Of a DNA stretch of 64,000 bases, positions 29,105-38,727 are shown piece after piece. This DNA comes from a bacterium (lineage in GTDB: Bacteria; Bacillota; Clostridia; Oscillospirales; CAG-272): assembly GCA_963628435.1 (NCBI GenBank), contig CAVGEY010000008.1, positions 12,614 to 76,613 of the forward strand, read 5' to 3'. Numbering within the stretch: position 1 is the stretch's first letter; the number at the start of each line of letters is the position of its first letter. The notes beneath the pieces are model-generated. The model made no database searches, was not told where the DNA came from, and worked only from the letters and a program-made list of their open reading frames with translations. A program made the translations under genes and the position numbers.

Positions 29105-29707
29105 TTATCTGCCGATGGCATTCCATGTTCTTACAAAAGAATCATAGATTGCCGACAGGACAGTGCCGAAAAAGCCGTCGAGAATTTCGTCATCCGACTC
29201 ATATACGTCAACCTTTTCATTTTCGTCGCCGTTTATGTAGACCTGTTTAAGGCCGGATTCTTTTATCATGCCCGAACTCTGAATATACTGTTCGACTGCC
29301 AGCATATCGAGCTTTGATTCGAGCTGCGAGTTCAAATCGTCTCTTTCTTTTTTCAGCGATGTCAGGTCATCTTTCAGCTCGGATATTTTCATCGATGTTT
29401 CGCTTATCTCTACTCTGCTCTGAACTACCATAACAAGCATTACGGCAAACAACATACAGAGTATCACAGCGCCGATAACAGACTGCTTTCTGCTTTTGGA
29501 CTTAACCGCGCGCTCTTTAATCTTCTTTTCGCGTTTTTTCGCAGGCTCGATTTTCCTTGATGTTGCATCCGATATAACAACCGGGTTATTGTCGCCGTAT
29601 CTGTCTCCGACATCTATGGAGTCCACTTTTTTTCCGTGTTCGGTGTCATCATATTTAATTTTGGAAAAATCAAGATCGACATCAATATTTTTTTCGGATT
29701 TTGACAT
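29105..29707 (-). CDS. ftsL: FtsL-like cell division protein (septum formation initiator type)
   Basis: 200 aa. Basic N-terminal region, single TM helix (VIGAVILCMLFAVMLVMVV), then a coiled coil (ISELKDDLTSLKKERDDLNSQLES). Canonical slot between rsmH and the PBP gene. Confidence 0.7.
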   Translation of the reverse strand: MSKSEKNIDVDLDFSKIKYDDTEHGKKVDSIDVGDRYGDNNPVVISDATSRKIEPAKKREKKIKERAVKSKSRKQSVIGAVILCMLFAVMLVMVVQSRVEISETSMKISELKDDLTSLKKERDDLNSQLESKLDMLAVEQYIQSSGMIKESGLKQVYINGDENEKVDVYESDDEILDGFFGTVLSAIYDSFVRTWNAIGR

Positions 29708-29723
29708 TCTGTGAACTCCTCCT

Positions 29724-30656
29724 TTATATTTTTTCGATTATTCTCAGTTTTGCGCTTCTTGATCTCGGATTCACTTCCAGCTCGCCCTCCGAAGGGAGAA
29801 TCGGCTTTTTGTTGATTATTCTGATTTTGGGTTTATTGCCGCACACGCATATCGGAAAAGACGGAGGGCATGTACAGCCCTGTGCGAGCGAAGCAAAGGT
29901 ATGCTTGACAATTCTGTCCTCGAGTGAATGAAAGGTAATCACGGCAAGTCTTCCGCCCGATGAAAGTCTTTCTGTCAAACTGCGAAGTGTCGGCTCTATT
30001 ACGGCAAGTTCGTGATTGACCTCAATCCTTATCGCCTGGAAACTCTTTTTTGCGGGATGATGTCCGACAGCCGCAACCTTCTGCGGAATTGCGGATTTTA
30101 TTATATCCACAAGTTCGAATGTCGTTTCAATCGGATGCAGACCGCGTCTTTCAACGATTGCCCCGGCAATTTGCGGTGCGAACGATTCTTCCCCGTAGCT
30201 GTATAAAACTCTTTTCAGCTCATCCACGCTGTAATTATTCACCACATCATAAGCGGTAAATTCCGAGCGTTCATCCATTCTCATATCGAGCGGCGCATCA
30301 TATTTGTATGAAAATCCTCTTTCGGGTGTATCAAGCTGATATGATGACACCCCGAGATCGATTATCGCGCCCGATATGCTCTCTATCGAAAGTTCGTCGA
30401 GAATATTTCCGATATTTTGAAAATTATCATTGACAAAAACGGTTTTATCGGCGTAATCGCGAAGTCTTTCCTTTGCGGCGGAAATCGCGGTCATGTCCTG
30501 ATCGATTGCAACAAGACGCCCGCTTTTAATTCTCTTCACTATCTCAAGGCTATGCCCGCCTCCGCCTGCCGTACAATCGACATACACTCCGTCGGAGATT
30601 TTAAGACCGTCGATGCACTCATGAAGCATAACCGAATAATGGTTAAACTCTGTCAC
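29724..30656 (-). CDS. rsmH: 16S rRNA (cytosine1402-N4)-methyltransferase
   Basis: FNHYSVMLHECIDGL...VYVDCTAGGGGHS. The track ORF starts at TTG 30674. GTG 30656 (MTEFNHYSVML) fits the family N-terminus better. The exact start is uncertain. Confidence 0.93.
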   Translation of the reverse strand: MTEFNHYSVMLHECIDGLKISDGVYVDCTAGGGGHSLEIVKRIKSGRLVAIDQDMTAISAAKERLRDYADKTVFVNDNFQNIGNILDELSIESISGAIIDLGVSSYQLDTPERGFSYKYDAPLDMRMDERSEFTAYDVVNNYSVDELKRVLYSYGEESFAPQIAGAIVERRGLHPIETTFELVDIIKSAIPQKVAAVGHHPAKKSFQAIRIEVNHELAVIEPTLRSLTERLSSGGRLAVITFHSLEDRIVKHTFASLAQGCTCPPSFPICVCGNKPKIRIINKKPILPSEGELEVNPRSRSAKLRIIEKI

Positions 30657-31089
30657 TGTCTTCTCTGCTTTCAAGCAGCGAACGTATACCGTCTATATCC
30701 ATTTGAGCGTTCTGTTTATCGAACAACTCTTCATCCCACATTTCGACATAATCGAACGCGCCCGAACTTACGACATTTTTTTTCAGTCCGGCAAAATCGC
30801 GATATTCCGCAGGAAGTGCGATTCTTCCCTGCGCGTCTACCGGCAGCTCTTCGGAGTTCGATCCGAGCCATGAAATCATTTCGCCCGCTTTGACTTTGGG
30901 CAGTTTGCTTACCGTTTCGGTCATATAACTGTCAAAGCCTTCCTTGCTGTAAATCCTTATGCATCGGCCGGTAAGAGATTTGGTTACGAATATGCGTTCG
31001 CCGAGTTTCTTCAAAAATTTAGATGGAATAAAAACGCGGTTTTTTTCATCTATTGTGTGCCGCTGCTTGCCTATTAACCACTCTGCCAC
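30643..31089 (-). CDS. mraZ: Transcriptional regulator MraZ
   Basis: LIGKQRHTIDEKNRVFIPSKF and a second DxxGR-type repeat (VDAQGRIALPAEYR). The track ORF (to 31197) runs over the promoter. GTG 31089 follows a GGAGG SD by 8 nt. ATG 31110 is an alternative start. Confidence 0.9.
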   Translation of the reverse strand: MAEWLIGKQRHTIDEKNRVFIPSKFLKKLGERIFVTKSLTGRCIRIYSKEGFDSYMTETVSKLPKVKAGEMISWLGSNSEELPVDAQGRIALPAEYRDFAGLKKNVVSSGAFDYVEMWDEELFDKQNAQMDIDGIRSLLESREDSDRV

Positions 31090-31168
31090 CGCATTTTCCT
31101 CCACTTTCATATTTAACAAGTGTATCTTATATGTTTTTTTATTGTATTTTGCTCCACCTGTTGAGTTA

Positions 31169-31197
31169 ATTATAATATACCCGCCGGTTGTTTGCAA
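31169..31197 (-). promoter_or_regulatory. Promoter of the dcw cluster (upstream of mraZ)
   Basis: Minus strand TTGCAA (31197-31192), 17-nt spacer, TATAAT (31174-31169). Confidence 0.55.
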
Positions 31198-31298
31198 TAT
31201 TTTTTTTATCGATTTGACGAAATCGGCGTTTTTTTGTTGCCGAAATGAACACTCATTTAATCAGCGAAAAAAGTTATTGAACAAATGTTCTTTATTTT

Positions 31299-31370
31299 GC
31301 AAAAACAAAAAAATCGCCTGCTCATACACGTGTACGGTTTACCGATTCACGTTATATGGCAAGCGATTTT
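31299..31370 (-). terminator. Terminator downstream of coaD
   Basis: Minus strand AAAATCGCTTGC ... GCAGGCGATTTT long-range stem enclosing a CCGTACACGTGTA sub-hairpin, followed by UUUUUUUGUUUUUG. Confidence 0.45.
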
Positions 31371-31389
31371 ATTCTTGAAAGAAAATTTT

Positions 31390-31845
31390 TTACAGAAGTT
31401 CAAGCACCGACTCGGGAACATATTTTGACAAATCCCGCCCGTATTTAATCATCTCACGCACCGCTGTTGATGACAGATGCATATATTTCGGAGATGATGG
31501 CAAAAGAAGAGTTTCAATCGGAGCAATGCTTTTATTTATGCAGTCGATTTGATACTCGTAATCGAAATCGGCAGCTGTTCTTACTCCTTTTACGATGGCA
31601 TTTATCCGATTTTTTACGGCATATTCGGCGACAAGACCGTCGCAAACATCAACCGTAACGTTCGGGAACTGTTTGCAGTAAGTCTCAACCATTAAGCGGC
31701 GTTTATCAATACCGTACATGTATTTCTTTTCGCTATTAACGGCAATGCATACGGTTACGCTGTCAAAAAGCGCGGCGGAACGGGATATTAAATCGGCATG
31801 TCCGAGCGTAATCGGATCGAAACTGCCGGCTATCATTACTTTCAT
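31390..31845 (-). CDS. coaD: Phosphopantetheine adenylyltransferase
   Basis: 151 aa. MKVMIAGSFDPITLGHADLI (T/HxGH motif). Confidence 0.95.
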   Translation of the reverse strand: MKVMIAGSFDPITLGHADLISRSAALFDSVTVCIAVNSEKKYMYGIDKRRLMVETYCKQFPNVTVDVCDGLVAEYAVKNRINAIVKGVRTAADFDYEYQIDCINKSIAPIETLLLPSSPKYMHLSSTAVREMIKYGRDLSKYVPESVLELL

Positions 31846-31900
31846 TTTATGACCATGCCTTCCTTTTTAGTTTGGAACTGTATGCCGATTCATGCCGATT

Positions 31901-32467
31901 TTAATCGGCGGCATCTGTATTTTTTCCGTTTTGAAGCAGTGTGATATACACTCTTCCGTATTTTGCAAATCTTTTAACCGTCATATCATCACGTACAATC
32001 GGCTCTTTTTCATCCGATTCGCAAACTATGAGAGCGGCGGGTGCGAGCATATCGGCGCGAACAAGGCGGTCTATGGCGTCGGGAATGATTTTTTCCGCAT
32101 AGGGAGGATCGAGAAAAACTATATCAAATTTATCTTTTGAAGCAAGTGATTTTATCAGTCCCTTATAGTCGGACATGATTACGCGTGCCTTATCTTCAAA
32201 CTTTGTTTTTGCAACATTAGCTCTTATAATTTCTATCGCGCCTTTATCCGAATCGGATATAACGGCGTTTGATGCTCCTCTCGACAGTGCTTCAAGCGCA
32301 AGCTGCCCGCTGCCGCCGAACAAATCGAGTATACGCGCGCCGTCCAAATCAAAGTTGATCATCGAGAACACGGCCTCTTTCACTCTCTCAGCCGTAGGAC
32401 GTGTTACATCATCCCCTTCGAGTGTCTTAAGTTTCATTCCTTTGGCAATTCCCGTTATTATTCTCAT
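31901..32467 (-). CDS. rsmD: 16S rRNA (guanine966-N2)-methyltransferase
   Basis: 188 aa. LDLFGGSGQLALEALSRGA SAM motif and FLDPPY. Confidence 0.9.
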   Translation of the reverse strand: MRIITGIAKGMKLKTLEGDDVTRPTAERVKEAVFSMINFDLDGARILDLFGGSGQLALEALSRGASNAVISDSDKGAIEIIRANVAKTKFEDKARVIMSDYKGLIKSLASKDKFDIVFLDPPYAEKIIPDAIDRLVRADMLAPAALIVCESDEKEPIVRDDMTVKRFAKYGRVYITLLQNGKNTDAAD

Positions 32468-34308
32468 TATAGGTTTCCCTTCTGTTTTTTATCATCAAGA
32501 TGAAAATATGAATATATTGCTTCGGCATCCGATTTCGAAATGCCTTTTGCGGCAGAGAGTTCTTCGATTTCGGCATTTGATATGGAGTTTATCGTTCCGA
32601 ATGACAGCAAAAGAGTTTTCGCTTTTGACGGGCCTATACCCTTGATATTTTCGAGTTTGGAATGTGTAACCGTCTTACTTTTCGCCTTTTTCATATTCGA
32701 AATCGTAAAACGGTGAACCTCTTCCTGTATTTTATATATCAGCACAAAAACAGATTGCTCTCTCGCGATGCTGATTTCATTTTCTCCGTCGGTAAGTGCG
32801 CGCGTCTTATGAAAATCATCTTTGACCATACCGAAAACAGGCACATCCACATTATGCTCGGCAAACAGCGATTTCACCACCGAAACATGACCTTTGCCGC
32901 CGTCAAGCAGGTAAAGATCGGGCAGCGGACTTTCGTCGCAATGCGACAGGCGCCGTTCGAGCGCCTCGCGCATTGATTGGTAGTCATCCTGAACAGACGT
33001 CGATTTGATTTTATAAGTTCGGTAGGCACTCTTTTTGAATTTGCCGTTCTGAACAGAAATAATTCCGGCAGTGATATTGTCATTGCCGAAGTTCGAAATA
33101 TCTATAGACTCGATATTTTCGGGGACAACTTCGAGTCCGAGCATAGAGGCGAGTTTAACCAAAACATCGTTGTCTTTCTCGCTGTCGGCAAGATACTGCT
33201 TTGCGTGCAGTGCGGCATTTTCGGTTACGATATCGCAAAGTGCGCGCAGTTCGCCTTTTTTCGGAGTTTTTATCGATATGCGTTTCCCTGCATTTTGCGA
33301 CAGCAAATCGGACAGTACCGATACCTGATCTTCTTCGACCTCAAATCCGAGCAAAACGGTTTGCGGGATATACTCGCGAATTGAATAAAGTCGTGCAATG
33401 AGCGAAATCATCGCCGATGTATCCGCTATTTTATCGGCGGAAAATATAAAATTATCCGAATCGATAACCGCTCCTTCGCGAACATAGTAGACAGCAAGAC
33501 ACGAGCACATTTCCGATGAAAACAGCGAAAAAACATCATATTCGGTATCCGGATTTCCTACTATTCTCTGCTTTTGACGAAGCATTTCGATTGATTTGAT
33601 TCTGTCGCGGTAACGGGCGGCGGCTTCGAACTGCAGGTTTTCGGAAGCGTAATTCATCTTATCAGCGAGCAGCTTCTCGGTACGGCTCAAATTGCCGCGG
33701 AGAAAAGAAATAATCTCATTAAAGCGTTCCTTATATTCTTCCGACGAAAGGTTGCCGCTGCATGGAGCGCAGCACTGACCGATGTGGCTGTATATACACG
33801 GGCGCGTTTTTCCGATATCACGCGGAAAGCTGAGTTTACACGCGGGGAGCATAAAGATTTTTCTTGCGGTTTGCAGTATATTCCATGCAATTGTACTGCC
33901 CGAATAGGGGCCGAAATATCTGCATTTGTCTGACGCGCGCTTTCTGGTTATCGATACGGTTGGATATTCGTCATCAACCGATACCTTTATATACGGATAG
34001 CTTTTTGCATCCTTGAGAAGGATATTATATTTCGGTTTATGAAGTTTTATAAGCTGATTTTCAAGCACGAGTGCCTCGATTTCGGTATCTGTCAGCATAT
34101 ATTCGAAATCGTAAACGGATGCGACCATACGGCTTGTTTTAATATTTTTTTCCGAATCGGTAAAATACTGAGTAACTCTGTTTTTAAGCGATTTTGACTT
34201 GCCGATGTAAACAATTTTATCATCGGCGCCGTGCATGATATATACACCCGGCGATGTCGGAAGTCTGTTTGCCTTTTCTCTCAGCTCATCAACGGTTTTC
34301 TTATCCAT
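32467..34308 (-). CDS. uvrC: Excinuclease ABC subunit C
   Basis: 613 aa. GIY-YIG N-terminus (GVYIMHGADDKIVYIGKSKSLKNRVTQYF), a UVR domain and a C-terminal HhH region. Confidence 0.96.
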   Translation of the reverse strand: MDKKTVDELREKANRLPTSPGVYIMHGADDKIVYIGKSKSLKNRVTQYFTDSEKNIKTSRMVASVYDFEYMLTDTEIEALVLENQLIKLHKPKYNILLKDAKSYPYIKVSVDDEYPTVSITRKRASDKCRYFGPYSGSTIAWNILQTARKIFMLPACKLSFPRDIGKTRPCIYSHIGQCCAPCSGNLSSEEYKERFNEIISFLRGNLSRTEKLLADKMNYASENLQFEAAARYRDRIKSIEMLRQKQRIVGNPDTEYDVFSLFSSEMCSCLAVYYVREGAVIDSDNFIFSADKIADTSAMISLIARLYSIREYIPQTVLLGFEVEEDQVSVLSDLLSQNAGKRISIKTPKKGELRALCDIVTENAALHAKQYLADSEKDNDVLVKLASMLGLEVVPENIESIDISNFGNDNITAGIISVQNGKFKKSAYRTYKIKSTSVQDDYQSMREALERRLSHCDESPLPDLYLLDGGKGHVSVVKSLFAEHNVDVPVFGMVKDDFHKTRALTDGENEISIAREQSVFVLIYKIQEEVHRFTISNMKKAKSKTVTHSKLENIKGIGPSKAKTLLLSFGTINSISNAEIEELSAAKGISKSDAEAIYSYFHLDDKKQKGNL

Positions 34309-34350
34309 ACAATCACATAATCTTTTCTTTCAACCGAATGGTTAATTCTT

Positions 34351-34386
34351 AAAAAAAGCAGACCGCATGGACTATATGCGGTCTGC
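34351..34386 (-). terminator. Rho-independent terminator of ptsH
   Basis: 11-bp perfect stem gcagaccgcat / atgcggtctgc (34358-34368 / 34376-34386), followed by a 7-U run on the minus strand (34357-34351). Confidence 0.85.
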
Positions 34387-34411
34387 TGCTGCAATTAACA
34401 AATTTTCTACT

Positions 34412-34675
34412 TTATTCCTCACAGCCGTTTGCTATAAGCTCGCAAAGACCATCAAGAGCCTCATTTTCATCAGAACCGTCAGCCGACAGTGTAACTACAT
34501 TATCTTTGACAATACCGAGAGAAAGCACACCGAGAAGACTTTTTGCATTCACACGTCTGTCACCTTTTTCAACCCATATAGTGCTTTTATACTTGTTAGC
34601 CTTCTGAATAAAAAAGGTTGCCGGTCTTGCGTGAAGACCTACCGAATTATTTATCTTAACCTCGCGAGTAATCAT
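34412..34675 (-). CDS. ptsH: Phosphocarrier protein HPr
   Basis: 87 aa. Active-site His in VGLHARPA and regulatory Ser in NAKSLLGVLSLG. Confidence 0.95.
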   Translation of the reverse strand: MITREVKINNSVGLHARPATFFIQKANKYKSTIWVEKGDRRVNAKSLLGVLSLGIVKDNVVTLSADGSDENEALDGLCELIANGCEE

Positions 34676-34813
34676 TGTTTAGCCCCTCTTCTCCTGAATT
34701 ATATACATTTTATCAGTACACAGTTTTCATTATTATATCAACTTTTTAAGTTAAAATCAATAGTTTTAGGCTGATTTTTTTCAAAAAAACATTTTTTGAC
34801 AATTTGCTCAAAT

Positions 34814-35359
34814 TCATGAGATTCCGGTAATCAAAATAGTGTATTTTTGCTCTTTTGCGGATATTTCCATTGTCATTCCGACAGCGATTTTCGTGGTTCC
34901 GCAGAAATAAAATCCGCTTTCTCTGCTTATTCCGACAAGTGTTGCGCCCGCCCTGATAACTTTATGTTCCGAATCGACTGCTCTGATAAACTCATCAAAC
35001 CTTGTCGAATCTTCATATACGGTTGAATTTACAATCATCTTTTCCGAATCTTTTATCTCGAAAAGCGACAGACTGCCTATCGAGCTTCCGTCAATGTAAT
35101 ATTCTGCATCGGCGTCAAATTTATCGGCGGTTTCGGCATCTATATCACAGATTACAAACTCAATTTCCGCTCTGTCGTTTGACATCGCATTATTCAGCAG
35201 ACTTACAATCCTGCCCCTGAAAAACAGTGAAATCACCGACAGAATGATTATTACGATAATCAATAGGTCAACAAGATTTCTTTTATAGCCTTTTCTTCCC
35301 TGTTTACCCTGAAAATCCGGTATTTGTTCTTTTTTTATTTCAGTTCGTTCCAACTGCAA
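34814..35359 (-). CDS. Membrane-anchored DUF4330-like protein (paralog B)
   Basis: 181 aa. N-terminal ..KRNLVDLLIIVIIILSVISLFF anchor, then a beta-rich domain with YIDGSSIG...GTTKIAVGMTMEI. Family assignment is from recalled consensus only. Confidence 0.45.
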   Translation of the reverse strand: MQLERTEIKKEQIPDFQGKQGRKGYKRNLVDLLIIVIIILSVISLFFRGRIVSLLNNAMSNDRAEIEFVICDIDAETADKFDADAEYYIDGSSIGSLSLFEIKDSEKMIVNSTVYEDSTRFDEFIRAVDSEHKVIRAGATLVGISRESGFYFCGTTKIAVGMTMEISAKEQKYTILITGIS

Positions 35360-35936
35360 TCACTCCTTTCTCCGTGCTGTCTTCGATAAGATCGTCATCG
35401 TCGCACTCTTCTATCGAGACAACCTGTGAAGGAAATTCGGATTTTTTAGTCGAGCAGTTCAGCGATGAACCCGATTTCAAAATCGCACCGCCGACGGTAT
35501 AGCCGTTTTCGGTATCCGTGCCTTTTGCCTCAACGGTAATAAACAGATCTATGACACCGGGATATGCCGCATAGATAACCGAACCCTGCGTGTCCACAAG
35601 TCCGGTTGACACCTTATGATCTTTATATGTTACGGCGGTGACCTTTCCCACGGCAGTACCGTCTATATAAAAGTCATCTCCGACCGAAATAAAGTCGCAT
35701 ACAGCTTCTTTTCCCGACGGTTCAGCCGAGAAATATGTTGTGTCTACTCCCTCGATTTTCAAGACAAACGACAGGTTTACACTTTTTCCGTCTTTTTCCC
35801 ATATAAGTTTGAAACGTTCAAAACCGCCGAAAATCAAAACAAGCAAAAAATATATGAGCGATACGGCAATTAAAATAAAGCAGGCAAGAGCAACCGCGTC
35901 GGCTACTCCGTATTTTTTTTGCGTCTTACCCTTCAT
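35340..35936 (-). CDS. Membrane-anchored DUF4330-like protein (paralog A)
   Basis: 198 aa with an N-terminal TM helix. SVGDDFYIDGTAVGKVTAVTY...YPGVIDLFITVEAKGTDTENGYTVGGAILKSGSSLNCSTKK...VVSIE matches my recollection of the DUF4330 pattern. Acidic tail. 20-nt overlap with the next gene. Confidence 0.45.
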   Translation of the reverse strand: MKGKTQKKYGVADAVALACFILIAVSLIYFLLVLIFGGFERFKLIWEKDGKSVNLSFVLKIEGVDTTYFSAEPSGKEAVCDFISVGDDFYIDGTAVGKVTAVTYKDHKVSTGLVDTQGSVIYAAYPGVIDLFITVEAKGTDTENGYTVGGAILKSGSSLNCSTKKSEFPSQVVSIEECDDDDLIEDSTEKGVIAVGTN

Positions 35937-35983
35937 AGCCTTTAACCTTTCATATTTAATAAAATCATTCTGCGCAAGCCGAA

Positions 35984-37990
35984 TTATCGGTTCAAATTTA
36001 TTTCACTTTGGAATGCATCCGATTCAATATCGGCAGATACCGACTCCTCTTCAAGACGACGTTTTATTGCAAGCGATATTCCGACAGATGCAAGAAAGAG
36101 ATATGTGCATACAGATGAATCAAATACAAACACACCGAGACCGCAGACGATGACCGAGAAAACCGCGCAGCAAACGGCGCAGAATCGATTTTTTGTATTC
36201 TGTCCTTCTCTTATCCTCTCATAAAATGACAGAACGGCGCGCAGATACAAAAGAACAACCAATGCGAAGAAACAGAATCCTATTATCCCGGTAGTCGCAA
36301 AAAGATAAACATACAAACTGCCTGTGGATTCGCTGCCGAGCGTCAGCCCTCCCGTAACCATTGAATACGTTTTTTCAAGCAATTCAGACGAAAGTCCTAT
36401 TCCGCTTATCGGGTTGATGCGCGCAACCGCAAGCGAATTTTTCCATATTTCGGTAAATCTCAAAAAGGAATTGTCGGTAAAAAGCAGCACCGATAAAATC
36501 TTATTCGATATCGTTTCCGGCAAAAACGGAAGCAAAATCGGGCATGATACCAATGCAAACAGCACCCATGCGAACATCTTTCTGTATGCAATCGCGGTAA
36601 ATATAAAAAATGTTACTATAAGTGATATTGCAGCCGTTTTGGATCCCGTAAGAACAAGCGCGGCAATCTGCACCGAGAGTGAAAATACCGATGCAAATAC
36701 CGATATTTTTTTTGTAAAAGAGAGTGACAGTGTAATGAAAAGTGCGAGCAGCAGATAAACGGCGAAATGTTCCTGAGTTTTGAAAAATGACGTGATGCCG
36801 ATTTCCTTACGTATCGCCGCGCAAACAATTCCGTATGCGGCCGCAACAGTTGCGGATGCGAAAAAAGCGGTCTGGAATTTATCAAGCCATTTAGAATAGC
36901 AGAGCATATTTTTGCACAGGAAATAAACACAGACACACGACAAAAGAAAAACCATTCTGCTCCCTTTTCCTTCGGCATCGGTAAAAAATTCACCCAAAAT
37001 CAGATAGATAAAATAAGATACAATCACAAAATCTATCAGCTCGAATTTCACAGCTCTTTTCCCTACGGCAATTTTCGCGATATAGGAGATTGCCGTCAAG
37101 AAAACGAGTGTGCATAACAGGGCGGCAAAAATATCGGATGTTTCCGAAAAAGGAATCGCAAATCCGAATATGAGAAGTCCCGCCTCCGGTGTACGTATTA
37201 TGCAGGAAATAGCGCAAAACGCGATAAAAAGCCAAACAACATTCAACAAACTGAGTTTGAATGTAAGCATTCCGAGCAGAATTCCGACAAAAAATGACAC
37301 AAAGTTTGCCCGTTTGCCGATTTTGTCATCCACTTTTATTTCATTTTCGGCAGGATTGTCTTCGACGCCCATCAGCGGTGTGAATACATAATGACCGATT
37401 CTGCTTGTCATCACATATTCATATATCGAAATATTGCCTTTTGTCAGCATGGGAACCGACACGACTATTAAAACAAGACCGTTGCAGAGCAGGTATATAA
37501 GTTCGGCAGACTCGCCGACAAGCAAAAACTTTGCCATCTGAATAATGACCGAAACGAGAGTCATCGACAATATCAAAAGTCCTATGGACGACGCCGACAC
37601 ACGCGGTATATCCGTGACTTTTTCGGAAATTACCGACATAATACGGTTTTCATATATTGCTTTTCTCAGACGTTTGCTCACAGGCTGTCTAATTGTGGAA
37701 GCATTATAAATGACAAGATTCTCGTCAATCTGCTCTGTTCCGATTTCTTTTTTGGGGTGGTATTTCGATTTATAATGTTTACGATGCCAATCGGTGATAA
37801 TTCCGGTCACACAGGATTTTTCGGCTTTTTCCTCAAATTTATCATATGATGAGAAATATTTGCCGAAAAAACTGTTTTGATACAGTTTCAGGGCAATACC
37901 GTCAAAAAAACCGCAAATCAAGCCCCATACGGTAAAAGTCGAATTCGGGCTGTCTTTCCGTTTTCTGCTTTCGGCATTTCTTATTTTCAA
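35984..37990 (-). CDS. Polytopic membrane protein, O-antigen ligase/polymerase (Wzy_C)-like
   Basis: 668 aa. Cytoplasmic N-terminal region of about 130 aa, then at least 10 predicted TM helices. LTGSKTAAISLIV resembles the Wzy_C core motif. Confidence 0.45.
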   Translation of the reverse strand: MKIRNAESRKRKDSPNSTFTVWGLICGFFDGIALKLYQNSFFGKYFSSYDKFEEKAEKSCVTGIITDWHRKHYKSKYHPKKEIGTEQIDENLVIYNASTIRQPVSKRLRKAIYENRIMSVISEKVTDIPRVSASSIGLLILSMTLVSVIIQMAKFLLVGESAELIYLLCNGLVLIVVSVPMLTKGNISIYEYVMTSRIGHYVFTPLMGVEDNPAENEIKVDDKIGKRANFVSFFVGILLGMLTFKLSLLNVVWLFIAFCAISCIIRTPEAGLLIFGFAIPFSETSDIFAALLCTLVFLTAISYIAKIAVGKRAVKFELIDFVIVSYFIYLILGEFFTDAEGKGSRMVFLLSCVCVYFLCKNMLCYSKWLDKFQTAFFASATVAAAYGIVCAAIRKEIGITSFFKTQEHFAVYLLLALFITLSLSFTKKISVFASVFSLSVQIAALVLTGSKTAAISLIVTFFIFTAIAYRKMFAWVLFALVSCPILLPFLPETISNKILSVLLFTDNSFLRFTEIWKNSLAVARINPISGIGLSSELLEKTYSMVTGGLTLGSESTGSLYVYLFATTGIIGFCFFALVVLLYLRAVLSFYERIREGQNTKNRFCAVCCAVFSVIVCGLGVFVFDSSVCTYLFLASVGISLAIKRRLEEESVSADIESDAFQSEINLNR

Positions 37991-38052
37991 AGCATTTCAC
38001 CCCTTTCAGCTGAATTTTACAATCGGACACAAAATATAGTCGGTCACCGAGC

Positions 38053-38727
38053 TTATATTAGGTCGGGACGGTTCTTTTTTGTAAGCTCAAGCGACGCGCG
38101 TTTTCTCCAATTTTCTATTTCGGAATGATTTCCGTTTTGAAGGACTTTCGGCACCTCGACTCCGTGAAAAACAAGCGGCCTTGTATACTGCGGATACTCA
38201 AGTTCTCCGCTCATAATGCTTTCTTTTTCAAAACATTCGGGCGCGGCGAGCACGCCGTCAATCATTCTTGCCATTACATCAATGAGAATGCACGCCGGAA
38301 TTTCTCCTCCGGTCAGAACATAGTCACCGATCGAAATTTCCTCGTCAACTATCTCGTCTATGACTCTTCGGTCTATTCCCTCATAATGTCCGCAAAGTAT
38401 AATCAGATTATCAAAATCAAGAAGTTCGGCCGCATGGCGCTGAGTTAAAATTTTGCCCTGCGGGGACATATACACGCAGTGACAGCTTCCTTCGATTGTT
38501 TTGCGTACATTTTCAAAGCAGTTATAGACGGGCGGTGCCGCCATCAGCATTCCTTTTCCGCCGCCGTATGGCGTATCGTCTACTCTTCGGTGCTTGTCGT
38601 TCGAAAAATCTCTTATGTCGTGAGTACGGACATTTATAAGTCCCGATTTTTTTGCTCTGCCGATTATGCTTGAGTCGGTTATATATGAGATAAGTTCGGG
38701 AAAGAGCGTCAAAACATCAAAATTCAT
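38053..38727 (-). CDS. trmD: tRNA (guanine37-N1)-methyltransferase
   Basis: 224 aa. MNFDVLTLFPELI..., DDTPYGGGKGMLM. Confidence 0.96.
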   Translation of the reverse strand: MNFDVLTLFPELISYITDSSIIGRAKKSGLINVRTHDIRDFSNDKHRRVDDTPYGGGKGMLMAAPPVYNCFENVRKTIEGSCHCVYMSPQGKILTQRHAAELLDFDNLIILCGHYEGIDRRVIDEIVDEEISIGDYVLTGGEIPACILIDVMARMIDGVLAAPECFEKESIMSGELEYPQYTRPLVFHGVEVPKVLQNGNHSEIENWRKRASLELTKKNRPDLI

